From: a bacterium
GTDB lineage: Bacteria; Bdellovibrionota_C; UBA2361; CALJRW01
Length of the DNA: 49,880 bases
Direction: 5' to 3'
Assembly (NCBI GenBank): GCA_031385045.1
Contig: JANNBC010000061.1
Coordinates: 1-49,880 of the forward strand
Numbering within the stretch: the first letter of the stretch is position 1; each line of letters opens with the position of its first letter. The position numbers were made by a program, and so were the translations under genes. Shown here piece by piece: positions 39,822-49,722 of the stretch. The notes beneath the pieces were generated by a model. That model saw nothing but the letters and a program-made list of their open reading frames with translations, made no database searches and had not been told where the DNA came from.

Positions 39822-40880
39822 TTAATTGCCAAAGATTAAATCTCGGGCAAATCTATCCCTGCTACGCTTACTAACTTCACTTGGACTGCTCATGGCGGGA
39901 GTACTTAGCCAGTTATTAGTATAACCTGGACTTAGGGCAATCGTTAGTTTTTCTAGCTCTACACTATTTTGCACAAATTGACCTTGGGTCACAACAGCGT
40001 CAGTTATTTTTTGTTTGTTTTCAAACAGTGCAATCGCTTCCCTTGGGCTAAGTTGAGTATAGGTCATACCACTGGAACTTTCGGTGCCGAGTCCAAAACC
40101 ATAGATACTTACTTTCGTTCCTTGCACAGCATAGCCTTGAGCAGTTCTTGCAAACGAAATGTCAAATGTTGGATCTGTAGGTTTTAATTGTGGACGACAG
40201 GCGTCAACTTGTTTAATCATTAGTAGATCGTTTGTTCCTGGAATTTTCATGAGCACTGGTTGTTTAGCTTTTTTAATTAACGTTCCTTGGTAGGTTCCTG
40301 CATTGTTAATGGTCTTACTCACTTGATTGCGATATTCAAAGATTGTTGAGGCCCAGGCCATATCTTCTGATGAGCAGTTATTAATATTTGTACCACCAGA
40401 TTCCACAATTTGTTTAACGTTTTTGGGAAGCTCGGCAACTAAATGGGAAAGAGAGTATTTAAGCTTTTCAGGATCAACCGAGCTGGGATTTTGAGTTTGA
40501 TTTTTTTTAGCTAGGTCATAGATACTCTGCCAATTATTATCAAATAAGGCGAGTGCCTCTAGATAATTAATTTGATTATATATTCCAGATGTCGATCGAT
40601 CAGAGGAAGCATGTACATATCTTAAATCAATACTTGATCCTTGCTCTGCAAATCCAATGGAAGTCTTATAGACATCTATCTTAGATTTATTTGTTACAAA
40701 CGCCATCATTGTTCCATCTTTCATGGCAATAATTAGTGGTTCACCTTGACCAACTTCCGTTGGCAGGCCATTCCTAGCGAGTCCTTCGGAAGTAAAAGAT
40801 TTTTCAGCAGGGTCGCAGGAGGAAAATGCAAAAGTTGAAAGTAGAATTAAGGAATTTCTAGCTGCATGTTGTAACTTCAT
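39822..40880 (-). CDS. Hypothetical lipoprotein with an internal duplication
   Basis: FSSC lipobox; two similar halves. Confidence 0.7.
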   Translation of the reverse strand: MKLQHAARNSLILLSTFAFSSCDPAEKSFTSEGLARNGLPTEVGQGEPLIIAMKDGTMMAFVTNKSKIDVYKTSIGFAEQGSSIDLRYVHASSDRSTSGIYNQINYLEALALFDNNWQSIYDLAKKNQTQNPSSVDPEKLKYSLSHLVAELPKNVKQIVESGGTNINNCSSEDMAWASTIFEYRNQVSKTINNAGTYQGTLIKKAKQPVLMKIPGTNDLLMIKQVDACRPQLKPTDPTFDISFARTAQGYAVQGTKVSIYGFGLGTESSSGMTYTQLSPREAIALFENKQKITDAVVTQGQFVQNSVELEKLTIALSPGYTNNWLSTPAMSSPSEVSKRSRDRFARDLIFGN

Positions 40881-41276
40881 TGGAGTAGTCCGAAATTAAT
40901 TATTAAAATCCAGTAAATATATAGTAAACCCAAAAACTAATTTCCGAAAAATCAGCAAAAATAAATACCTCAAGAGTCAATTGAATCCCTTAAGGAATTA
41001 GTATAATTCAAGAACGATCCTTGCTAAACCTTCGGTTTAACTGATTTAATTTGTTGGGCTTACTATTTGCCTTTTGGCTCCCGCTGGTCGCTACTATAGT
41101 CATAACTCTAAGATTTTAATTTCCTAACGGAAATTACTTTTTGTAATGACTATAAACTAAGGATATCATTATTTTGAACTTGAGAAAATAAATTTATCCG
41201 ATTTTTAATAAAATAATTAGGAATAGATTAAGCGACATTGAAAATTACCAATAATTCAGTGGCTCTTTAATAATGC

Positions 41277-41708
41277 CTAATCTTTAGCAAAATAATCTTT
41301 AGTCTCTTCAATCGCTTGTTCAAAAACCTCGTCTATTAAATCTCGTAATCCTTTGTTTCCCAGTAATAGTGTTGAGATTAGTTGTGAAGCTGAGGGATCC
41401 TTTTTGGGATGTAGTAGTAGTTCTTCCAGTTTGGATATTTCTTCAAGGCTAAATGTCTGACAAAGGAAATCATAGAACTTAAGTTCGTAGTCTTCCATGG
41501 AGATATTTTCTTTAAATGTCCTAATAACTAATTTTTCGGTGTAGATGTCGATTTCATTTTGTAAGGAGGCAGTAATTTCAGAAAGTTTCTCTTGGAAGAA
41601 ATGTTCAATTACTAACTGTGGATTGATTGCGGATATTGAAATGGCATGGCGTGCGATAATATGTTGTGAGGGATCTGGTTGATGGGGATCGGTATGAATT
41701 TGAGTCAT
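41277..41708 (-). CDS. Hypothetical protein
   Basis: 143-aa ORF only. Confidence 0.55.
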   Translation of the reverse strand: MTQIHTDPHQPDPSQHIIARHAISISAINPQLVIEHFFQEKLSEITASLQNEIDIYTEKLVIRTFKENISMEDYELKFYDFLCQTFSLEEISKLEELLLHPKKDPSASQLISTLLLGNKGLRDLIDEVFEQAIEETKDYFAKD

Positions 41709-41796
41709 AAGGTATTATCAAGAGTCAATTTAATTTATAATTAAACTACAAATATTGGACTAGTTAAAGGAAAAAATAATAGGGATGGAACTTTTT

Positions 41797-43185
41797 CTAA
41801 AGAATTAATGCTTGCAAGTGTCTCTCAAAAGCTACTCTCCAATTTTGAATCGGTAGTTTTGCTTGCTCAGAGTGTCGTCCGCGAATATCAGCTTCACAAG
41901 CATCAAGGAAGAGGGTGATGGGACATGAATCAACTCTTCTAATGATTTTTCTAACCGCCTTAGCATAACTCCTATCGCTAATCGGCTGAGTTGGACTTTG
42001 AGTTTGACGAAAAATGCTAGAGGGTTTCATGTGATTGATAACTATGGCAATTACAGCTTCGCTAATATCAGCTGGCACTCCAATTCTTTGAAGTAAGGCA
42101 CGAGCTGGCATCTCTCCGGCAGTGTCATGTCCTTTAGATTTCCAGTTTCCATCTTCATATTGAGTATGCGTTGCTTTGCCTAGGTCATGGCAGAGCGCAC
42201 CAAGGAGAAGAATGGCAGTATTCTTTTGTCCATAGCGTTCAGGATTTTTGCGAATAATTTCCCTTGCAGCATCAATCACTAAACCAGTGTGAGTAAAGGC
42301 GTCTCCTTCAGGATGATGTGCTGGGTTTTGGGGAATACCTTTTAGGGCTAATAATTCTGGTAAGCCAAATAAATTTCCATCTTGATACCAGGAATTGATT
42401 ACAACTGATGGGTTAACAGCAGTATTTAAAGCCGCTACTAAGTCCTGATAATTAATAACTGGTAAGTTCTCAGGGGGGATGAATAGAACTGGCGAAGCAG
42501 GGAGCAGATTTTCTAAGATTTCATAATTAGAAATGGTACCAGAAGTTAATGACTCGATTGTTAGTCGGCTTTGCGTTGATCTCCTAGCAACGTCTAGTAG
42601 TTTGTAAAGATTAATTTGTTGATCTTTTACAGAAACAATAGTTGCAGGTTCGGTATAAATTCCACGATGAGGATGAACGGCTAGGATTTGTCCTAATTGA
42701 ATATCAAAGTCCTCGGAAAAGTTTTGGCGGAACTCAGCAAGTGTCTGTACGTCAGCATTTGCTTCGTAGCCTGGAGCCAGTCCAATTACAGTTCTAATTT
42801 TTTGTTCTCCAGTTTCTGGATTTTCTTTAATTGTAACAGTAACTCCAGCAGTTTGTAGCGTTTGGGAAAAAGTTTGTAAGTTTGCCCTCCAGATATCTGG
42901 GGCGATTAGTGGTTCAGTTGCTCGGCGTGGAACAAGTGAACTTTGAAAGATAATCCCTTCGGGAGTTGTTAGCAGAATTCCAGCAAGCCCTTCTGGCAAT
43001 TTAGCTCCTAAATCTTTAATGGTTTCTTGTAGGATTGTTTTAGCTTCAAGTCGGACGATTACTTGAATAGTACTTGCTACTATTGGCCCCAGTATTCTGA
43101 GTTCCACACCTCCAATATTTTTTTGATTGATAGCAAAGTGATTTGCAGAGGTTATTAATGTGTTGGTTACTGCAGATAATGACAT
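41797..43185 (-). CDS. HD-domain protein (CCA-adding-enzyme-type HD) with unknown N-terminal region
   Basis: IPQNPAHHPEGDAFTHT, LCHDLGKAT, GHDTAG and ADIRGR. Confidence 0.78.
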   Translation of the reverse strand: MSLSAVTNTLITSANHFAINQKNIGGVELRILGPIVASTIQVIVRLEAKTILQETIKDLGAKLPEGLAGILLTTPEGIIFQSSLVPRRATEPLIAPDIWRANLQTFSQTLQTAGVTVTIKENPETGEQKIRTVIGLAPGYEANADVQTLAEFRQNFSEDFDIQLGQILAVHPHRGIYTEPATIVSVKDQQINLYKLLDVARRSTQSRLTIESLTSGTISNYEILENLLPASPVLFIPPENLPVINYQDLVAALNTAVNPSVVINSWYQDGNLFGLPELLALKGIPQNPAHHPEGDAFTHTGLVIDAAREIIRKNPERYGQKNTAILLLGALCHDLGKATHTQYEDGNWKSKGHDTAGEMPARALLQRIGVPADISEAVIAIVINHMKPSSIFRQTQSPTQPISDRSYAKAVRKIIRRVDSCPITLFLDACEADIRGRHSEQAKLPIQNWRVAFERHLQALIL

Positions 43186-43338
43186 AATTAGATTATAATT
43201 ATAGCTATAATTAACAGCAGTAAATAGTTAATTCAACAGAAATTTGGATAAATTTGGCTTTTGACTAAGAACTGAAAAATATTAAACTAGATCCTTCCGA
43301 TCTTTGTTAATTTAAATCAAGTTAGTTGCAGTATAAAA

Positions 43339-44718
43339 ATGCCAGATCCAATTAGTCAACCAAATATTATTAGTAAGCTTCAGGATTTGGACTTAGCTAT
43401 TACCTTATTGCCAATAGTGAAAAGAGCAAGCGTGGTTTTTGCGGCATATCTAAAGCAAGAAGAAAATGATCCACTGATATATTTTCTAAAAACTTCATTA
43501 GAGAACGCTGGAGTCTATTCTGACAAACTATTAAGCCTTGTTCAAGATTGTTTTGAAGTAAATCCTAATTTGGAGCTTCCCTTAAAGACTATTAAATTTC
43601 AGATTAATCCTAATGCTAACTCTAATGGCGCCAAGTTAATGAAGGAGATTTTTGGAACTGAGGCGGATTGTTTTAATGGAGATGTTCCTGACTTATTAGA
43701 TCTGATGGCACATCAAACTGTTTTTTTAACAAATAGAGATTCTTACACAGGGCAAAAATTAACTCTTGAAGCTGCTCAAGCAATTCTTAAGAAAGTTTTA
43801 ATCATGACAGAAGCTGATTCGACTGATCAGTTTATTGGTTGTCGTTTATCGAAAGATGGAGAAGAACTAATTAGGCACGTAAATCGGTACTTAAATATTA
43901 GCAGTCTCAATGTGCAAGCTCGGATTGAGGAACTTAGTGGGCAAGAAAGTTTAATTGCTAAACTAAATACTCATTACAAGACTAAACTAGTAAGTAGGAA
44001 AGCTGTTGCTTCTGATGCTAGCAATAGTATTACAGATCCAAATAGTAAGTTACTAAATAGTGCTACTGTTAGTGCAACTAGTGTGAACTACGAAGCTAAG
44101 CCGTATTGTATCGAAGGGTTAACCATTTTTCATGTTGGTGGAAATAACTTCAGTGATACTTTATCATTTATGCATCAAGTCGTATCGGCTGCTGTTTGTG
44201 ATTATTGTCTCCAGCAAGTTTATGGGTATCAATCTCCTAAAAAGGCAGTTTTAGTTATTAATCAATTAGCAGAGTGTGGAATGATTGATGCATTGGCGCA
44301 TCGTATAATCTTACAATGCTATGCCGATCTATTGAGTCCAAGCGAAAAATTGGAAATTCAACATTTGGCATATCGAAAATCTTTAGAAGCTGTTGGCGGT
44401 ATTACTAAGTTATCACTGTATCTTCCAAAGAATGATTCCTTAGCTCAAGAATTTAGAGCATACTTGAAAATTTTTACCTCAACTGTCGCAAACTTAATTC
44501 AAGAAGATCATACTCTTGGCGTTACGCCTATTGGAGATGTTATTCGGGCTGGACGTTATCAACAGACGGTTGGTGATTTGCTTATTTATCAAAATTTCTT
44601 AAGCCAAATTTGGAAAGATTTCTATGCTGGGATTTTGCAGAAAGTAGAACAAGGTGAAATGCCAGCAGGCCTACTTACAAATCCTGAGAATTGCTTAAAT
44701 CGAATCCTTGAGCAGTAG
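43339..44718 (+). CDS. Hypothetical protein
   Basis: 459-aa ORF, no recognisable motif. Confidence 0.65.
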   Translation: MPDPISQPNIISKLQDLDLAITLLPIVKRASVVFAAYLKQEENDPLIYFLKTSLENAGVYSDKLLSLVQDCFEVNPNLELPLKTIKFQINPNANSNGAKLMKEIFGTEADCFNGDVPDLLDLMAHQTVFLTNRDSYTGQKLTLEAAQAILKKVLIMTEADSTDQFIGCRLSKDGEELIRHVNRYLNISSLNVQARIEELSGQESLIAKLNTHYKTKLVSRKAVASDASNSITDPNSKLLNSATVSATSVNYEAKPYCIEGLTIFHVGGNNFSDTLSFMHQVVSAAVCDYCLQQVYGYQSPKKAVLVINQLAECGMIDALAHRIILQCYADLLSPSEKLEIQHLAYRKSLEAVGGITKLSLYLPKNDSLAQEFRAYLKIFTSTVANLIQEDHTLGVTPIGDVIRAGRYQQTVGDLLIYQNFLSQIWKDFYAGILQKVEQGEMPAGLLTNPENCLNRILEQ

Positions 44719-44731
44719 CTAAGTTTGGTTT

Positions 44732-45223
44732 TTAAGCCATTGTCTCTAATACTTCATCTAGATTGGTTAGCGCCATGGCAAATCCTTCTTTAAAACCCAT
44801 TCCAACAATTTGGTTTAGATTTTCTAGAGTGCCAAATGTAATTGTAACTAATACTTTTGTTGTATTACCTTGTTCTTGGAATTTAGTTCGCCAGTGCATA
44901 CTAGCAATTTCTGAACTTTTATTGCCTTCTTCATCGCAAAAAGCATCACTCGCAGTATAACTATCTTCTGGTATAATTGTTTCATATCCTGCCCAGCACC
45001 AGTGTTTTTCACCTTCGGGTCCACTCATGTAATAGAGACAACTACCACCTGGTGAAAAATCAAATGTTTTAATAATTGCTTTCCAAGGCTTCGGTGCCCA
45101 CCATTTTTCTAATAGTTCTTTTGTCGTCCATGCTTGCCAGACTTGCGCTTTGGGAGCATTGAAGATTCTCTGGATATTAATCGTTTTATTTTCTTGGTTA
45201 GTGATAAAATTTGTTTCATTCAT
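44732..45223 (-). CDS. SRPBCC/AHA1-domain protein
   Basis: RIFNAPKAQVWQAWT...KWWAPKPW...MGFKEGF. Start set to MNETNF because the longer ORF runs into a repeat. Confidence 0.88.
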   Translation of the reverse strand: MNETNFITNQENKTINIQRIFNAPKAQVWQAWTTKELLEKWWAPKPWKAIIKTFDFSPGGSCLYYMSGPEGEKHWCWAGYETIIPEDSYTASDAFCDEEGNKSSEIASMHWRTKFQEQGNTTKVLVTITFGTLENLNQIVGMGFKEGFAMALTNLDEVLETMA

Positions 45224-45256
45224 AATTATTTTATTAATTTCAATTAATTTCTTTAG

Positions 45257-45486
45257 GTTTGATATATAGTCATATGAGTATGATTTTACCAAAAAACCAT
45301 ACTCATATGACTATATATCAAACACGACAGTGTTTGAGGCGACCCTTAGGCATCGCCAAGGCTGAAGTGCTTATAAAATAAGCACTTCAGCTGGGGAAGA
45401 CAAATATATTCCTCGACGAAATGATCGCAAAAGCGGTTAGCTTTTGACCTAGCCGTTTCGGTAAAACCCAATGTTGAGGAGTATAT
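45257..45486 (-). repeat. Structured ~225-bp dispersed element, copy B (includes a perfect 26-bp inverted repeat, 45257-45282 / 45298-45323)
   Basis: See copy A at 37864-38084. Confidence 0.85.
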
Positions 45487-45907
45487 TATTGGCTTTGATT
45501 TGTTGATCATCGACAGATTCATTTTAGCGCCGAGTTTATTGCAATTGATTACAAATATCTAGTAATTTTCATCTAGCACTCCTAACTTTATAATAATTTT
45601 AGTATAACATCTATCGGGATGAACTTTCTAAGAATGAGAATTACTCTAAGGTTATAAAAACAAATCATCGGAATGAAATAAATGGCTTTAGTTTAGTGGA
45701 ATTATTATAGTCGCTTAGTTAGCAATAAAATGATTATTTCTTAATTCAATGGCTTTCTGCAATTATTCAATTCTTTTATTATTCAATCTTAAAATAGTTA
45801 GAGAAGATTTTAGTCTATAAAACTATTTGAATATTTATTAACTAATATTGCTAAGAGCATTCCCCTAAAGCTCTTTTTATAGAGATAAATAACGGCTCTG
45901 AAGATCG

Positions 45908-46306
45908 ATGAAAAAAAAGACTGAGAACCTATGGAAATTAAAGCCAGGAATAGTTCAAGAAATTCAAACTAAGAAGTCGGTTAATGTCGAATTGATAGTT
46001 TTTGAAACACCCGGTACTATTACACTGGCTAATATTGTGACGATTTTAATTGCCCTTTGTTTATTATTGCCAGCAATATTTTTTCCGCCAATATTACTTC
46101 TTAATATGCCAGTGCTCTTTTTGCGATATGCTTATAGGCAATATTTTTATAATAAAGCTTATCGAGTTAAGATAAGTTTTATCTGTCCTATTTGTAATAT
46201 TTTCAATCCGCTAGTCGAAAAATCAGGTAATTTACCGACTCAGATTATTTGTGCTGAATGTGGAAGTAAATTGGATGTACTTAGTCTTGGAGATGAAACT
46301 ATATGA
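45908..46306 (+). CDS. Small membrane protein with C-terminal zinc-ribbon-like motif
   Basis: TM hairpin; CPIC...CAEC. Confidence 0.6.
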   Translation: MKKKTENLWKLKPGIVQEIQTKKSVNVELIVFETPGTITLANIVTILIALCLLLPAIFFPPILLLNMPVLFLRYAYRQYFYNKAYRVKISFICPICNIFNPLVEKSGNLPTQIICAECGSKLDVLSLGDETI

Positions 46307-47532
46307 TTAATATTGATTACTTTTCTCCACTGAGTAGATTTATACTTCAACTGATTTTAATTTTAATAGCTTCGCAAGTTCTTGGTAGGCTTTTACAATA
46401 TTTGAAACAGCCACAAGTTGTTGGAGAAATCTTAGCAGGAATTTTATTAGGCCCATCATTATTTGGAATTATTGCTCCCGAGACCTTTCAATTTATTTTT
46501 GAAAAAAATTCAGTTTCAATTTTAGCAGTTGTCAGTCAGTTGGGGCTGATTCTCTTTATGTTTACAGTTGGACTTCATAGCAGGGCACTGGAACGAAATG
46601 CGGCAGGAAGAAGAGCTGTAATTATTTCAGCAGTTAGCATTATCTTACCGTTCATCCTAGGAATAAGTGTTGCACCACTTTTATATAATTCATTTGCCCA
46701 AACAGGAGCCTCTGGGATTATTTTTGCATTATTCTTTGGAATCGCCTGTAGTATTACCGCTTTTCCAGTGCTTGCCAGAATAATTAGTGATAAGGGTCTA
46801 AATAAAAACCCAATTTCACAAATGGCTCTACACTGTGCTGCGATTGATGACATTACGGCTTGGATAATTTTAGCAACGATCATTGGACTTACTAAGAGCA
46901 GTGCATTTTCTTTGCTCGTAATGACTTTAGGATTAAGTATTTTAGGGATTCTTTTTCTTTTTAAGGTGATGTCGCCATTAATAAGTTTCGCGATTCAAAG
47001 TAAAAAGTTTTCTGAGCCGCAACAGTTTACCCTCGCACTCCTGACACTCCTTTGCTCCTCACTATATTTTGAGTCAATTGGAGTTCATGCACTTTTTGGT
47101 GCCTTTCTAGCAGGGACTTTAATGCCAGCTAATAAACGCTTCCGTGAGCGTTTAAAATTACGGATTGAGTATGTTGCTGGATTAATTTTACTACCTGTTT
47201 TTTTTGCTGTTACTGGATTAAAAACAGAAATTACCCTAATTAATTCCTGGGAACTTTTGGCTACTTGCTTAGGAATTATTATTCTTTGTGTCGTGGGTAA
47301 GCTTGCTGGTGCAGCACTAGCAGCAAAGTTTTGTAATTTTTCATGGAAAGAATCAGTCTTTATTGGGGTATTAATGAATACTCGGGGGCTAATGGAGCTA
47401 GTCGTTTTAAATATTGGTCTGGAACTAAATATAATTTCTCATTCCTTATTCACCATGATGGTGATCATGGCGCTTGTCACAACTTTTATGACTGGACCAC
47501 TAGTAGATTTGATTAAAAAGCAGCTTAAGTAA
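46303..47532 (+). CDS. Cation:proton antiporter (CPA2 family)
   Basis: QPQVVGEILAGILLGPS, SITAFPVLARI, AAIDD and LMNTRGLMELVVLNIG. Confidence 0.92.
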   Translation: MINIDYFSPLSRFILQLILILIASQVLGRLLQYLKQPQVVGEILAGILLGPSLFGIIAPETFQFIFEKNSVSILAVVSQLGLILFMFTVGLHSRALERNAAGRRAVIISAVSIILPFILGISVAPLLYNSFAQTGASGIIFALFFGIACSITAFPVLARIISDKGLNKNPISQMALHCAAIDDITAWIILATIIGLTKSSAFSLLVMTLGLSILGILFLFKVMSPLISFAIQSKKFSEPQQFTLALLTLLCSSLYFESIGVHALFGAFLAGTLMPANKRFRERLKLRIEYVAGLILLPVFFAVTGLKTEITLINSWELLATCLGIIILCVVGKLAGAALAAKFCNFSWKESVFIGVLMNTRGLMELVVLNIGLELNIISHSLFTMMVIMALVTTFMTGPLVDLIKKQLK

Positions 47533-47565
47533 CATCCTATTATATAACTAAATTATAATAGGATG
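47533..47565. terminator. Hairpin between convergent genes
   Basis: CATCCTATTATA / TATAATAGGATG. Confidence 0.65.
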
Positions 47566-47574
47566 CCTTTTAAT

Positions 47575-48024
47575 TTATACAATTACTAAATTGACAAGGA
47601 TATTTCCTCGAGTTGCATTAGAGTAAGGGCAGACAATATGTGCTTTTTCTACTAATCCTTCTGCTACTGATTTCTCAATGCCTGGCAGGGAAATTTGTAA
47701 TTCTACTTCGATTCCAAATCCAGTTGGGATTTTCCCAATGCCTACAATTCCTGTAATCGAAGCATCTGCCGGTAAGCTAATTTTTTGAGTTCCAGCAACA
47801 TATTTAATAGCGCCAAGAAAACAAGCTGAATAGCCAGCAGCAAACAATTGTTCTGGGTTTGTTCCAACTGCACCATTACCACCTAATTCTTTAGGGGTTG
47901 TTAAGGCAATATCTAAAACTTTATCAGAAGACAGAGATCTTCCTTCTCGCCCACCAGTAGATTTTGCAGTTGCTCTGTATAAAATTGTTTCAACCTTAGT
48001 TTTTACATCTTGTTCCATTTTCAT
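47575..48024 (-). CDS. ohr: Organic hydroperoxide resistance protein
   Basis: GGREG, TNPEQLFAAGYSACF and AHIVCPYSNATRGN; exact start uncertain. Confidence 0.93.
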   Translation of the reverse strand: MKMEQDVKTKVETILYRATAKSTGGREGRSLSSDKVLDIALTTPKELGGNGAVGTNPEQLFAAGYSACFLGAIKYVAGTQKISLPADASITGIVGIGKIPTGFGIEVELQISLPGIEKSVAEGLVEKAHIVCPYSNATRGNILVNLVIV

Positions 48025-48393
48025 TCCCTTTTTAAAAATAACATGCTTTTCATGAAGCACAGGTTTATTAGCATAATTACGACAAGGATCCTAAGAAAAC
48101 ATTACTTTTTAGTACTATTAAGAATCTTTTACCTAGGCTTGGAACAAAATACGCCAATCGCTTTCCATTTGCATCTTGAGTTACTGAGAGATCTAAATAT
48201 TTTCTAGAGTTAATTATAGGTATTGATAAATAGTTCTGGATTAATTCTGAATATAAATTATGATGTTTTAGAAGTTTGTAAGTTGGTGTTCAAGGCTTTG
48301 ATCCGCAATCTTAAAGAACATTTTCTTCTTAGACACTTCAGTAATCTTAAAAGATTAGAAAAATCAATCAGATAATTAATTAAGGAGACAGAT

Positions 48394-49064
48394 ATGAATA
48401 TTTCTGAAGGTCAAAACTCTTTAAGTAAATCATCCCGTAGTTATCTTGCTCTTGGGTTGGTATCAGCGACTTTTGCCCACGTCCAATTGAAGCCCGCAGT
48501 ATTACCCATGAGCAAGATCTCACCACAATATCTTTTTCCTCACGAGCTCAAACTACTTCAGATAATATAGTCAAAGTTACCGCTGCCGTTGAGGTAGCTA
48601 TTACACCAGTCCTCCCCGCTATTGATCATCTGACAATCTTAAACTCTAAGGATGCTAGTCCAGCTGAGAAATTAGCCGCATTTGAAGTGTTGTTACAGGA
48701 GCGTAAAAATCATCCTAATTTGTATAAATATTTACTTTCTGATGAGACAAGAGGAGATTTAGTAAACGATCCTAAAAATTGGTCTAACATCTATAAGCTA
48801 TTTTTAGATCAGCTTGCGCCAAATTATCAAATTGCATCTAGTAAGATTGGGGGACATTTTTTTAGATTTGCTGCGACCAATGGTTCTGTAGAACTTCGAG
48901 TTAAATCACTAGAAGCTTGGTTTAAGTTGGGGGCAGATTTTGGAGATTTGTCTTTGGCACATAAAACTAATTTATCAGCTAGTAATCGTTTTGCTGCGGA
49001 TGAACTGACAGAGTATCTTAATACTACAAATAAGTTATTTGGAGAGACAATCCTTGGTAAGTGA
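48394..49064 (+). pseudogene. Frameshifted hypothetical exported protein
   Basis: AAGGAG RBS and ATG 48394, stopping at 48570. A second frame is open 48441-49064 with no good start. Confidence 0.55.
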
Positions 49065-49197
49065 TTAATACTTCGCTATTTGATATTTCAGAATTAACTA
49101 AGCAACTTAATCCTTTTTCAAGGGACTCATTTTGAAAATTGACTAAGAATATTTTCTTGTTAGTCTTGCCTATCATTAATCCACATTGTTCATATGA

Positions 49198-49722
49198 GTG
49201 GAATATTATTTATTAAATTACAATCAAATGATTGCTGTTGCTCAGGTTATTGCTAAAGAGATTGAACGTAAATGGTTAATTCCGCTGGAATCACTACCTG
49301 AGTTAAGCACGCTCTTATCGAAAGAAATATTACAAGGTTACATTAGCACTGGAGAACCTGAGGTTAGGCTTCGAAAGTCTGGCTCTGAATTTTTTCAAAC
49401 AATTAAGTTTGGTGAAGGTTTGATTAGAGACGAGATTGAGATTCCTCTGACTGCGGAACAATTTATTACGTTATGGCCAGCAACTGCAGATAAGCGAATT
49501 GAAAAAACTCGTTATGAATTAGAGTATCAAGGTTTAGTAATTGAAATTGATATTTATTCTGGCAAGCTAGCGGGGCTTATTGTAGCTGAAGTTGAATTTC
49601 CTAATGAATTAGCTGCTGGAGATTTTGTTTTACCAAAATGGTTTGGTCAGGATGTGACTGATGATAAACGCTTTAAGAATAAAAATTTATCCCAACTGGC
49701 AGGTCTTGAAACTTTAAGTTGA
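49198..49722 (+). CDS. CYTH-domain protein (triphosphate tunnel metalloenzyme)
   Basis: EIERKWL, QGY, VRLR, IEKTRY, EIDIY and VAEVEF; start uncertain. Confidence 0.9.
   Translation: MEYYLLNYNQMIAVAQVIAKEIERKWLIPLESLPELSTLLSKEILQGYISTGEPEVRLRKSGSEFFQTIKFGEGLIRDEIEIPLTAEQFITLWPATADKRIEKTRYELEYQGLVIEIDIYSGKLAGLIVAEVEFPNELAAGDFVLPKWFGQDVTDDKRFKNKNLSQLAGLETLS

Noticed and set aside
41030..41160. Weak hairpins (TATAGTCAT...ATGACTATA) resembling part of the structured repeat
   Set aside because: The match is too short in AT-rich DNA to assign confidently.
45224..45292. N-terminal extension of the SRPBCC ORF
   Set aside because: It starts inside the 26-bp inverted repeat; the family-like sequence begins at MNETNF.
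999..48207. Numerous short antisense or overlapping ORFs in the track (e.g. 3482-3769, 8704-8983, 23730-24143, 46575-46883)
   Set aside because: Shadow ORFs overlapping well-supported genes.
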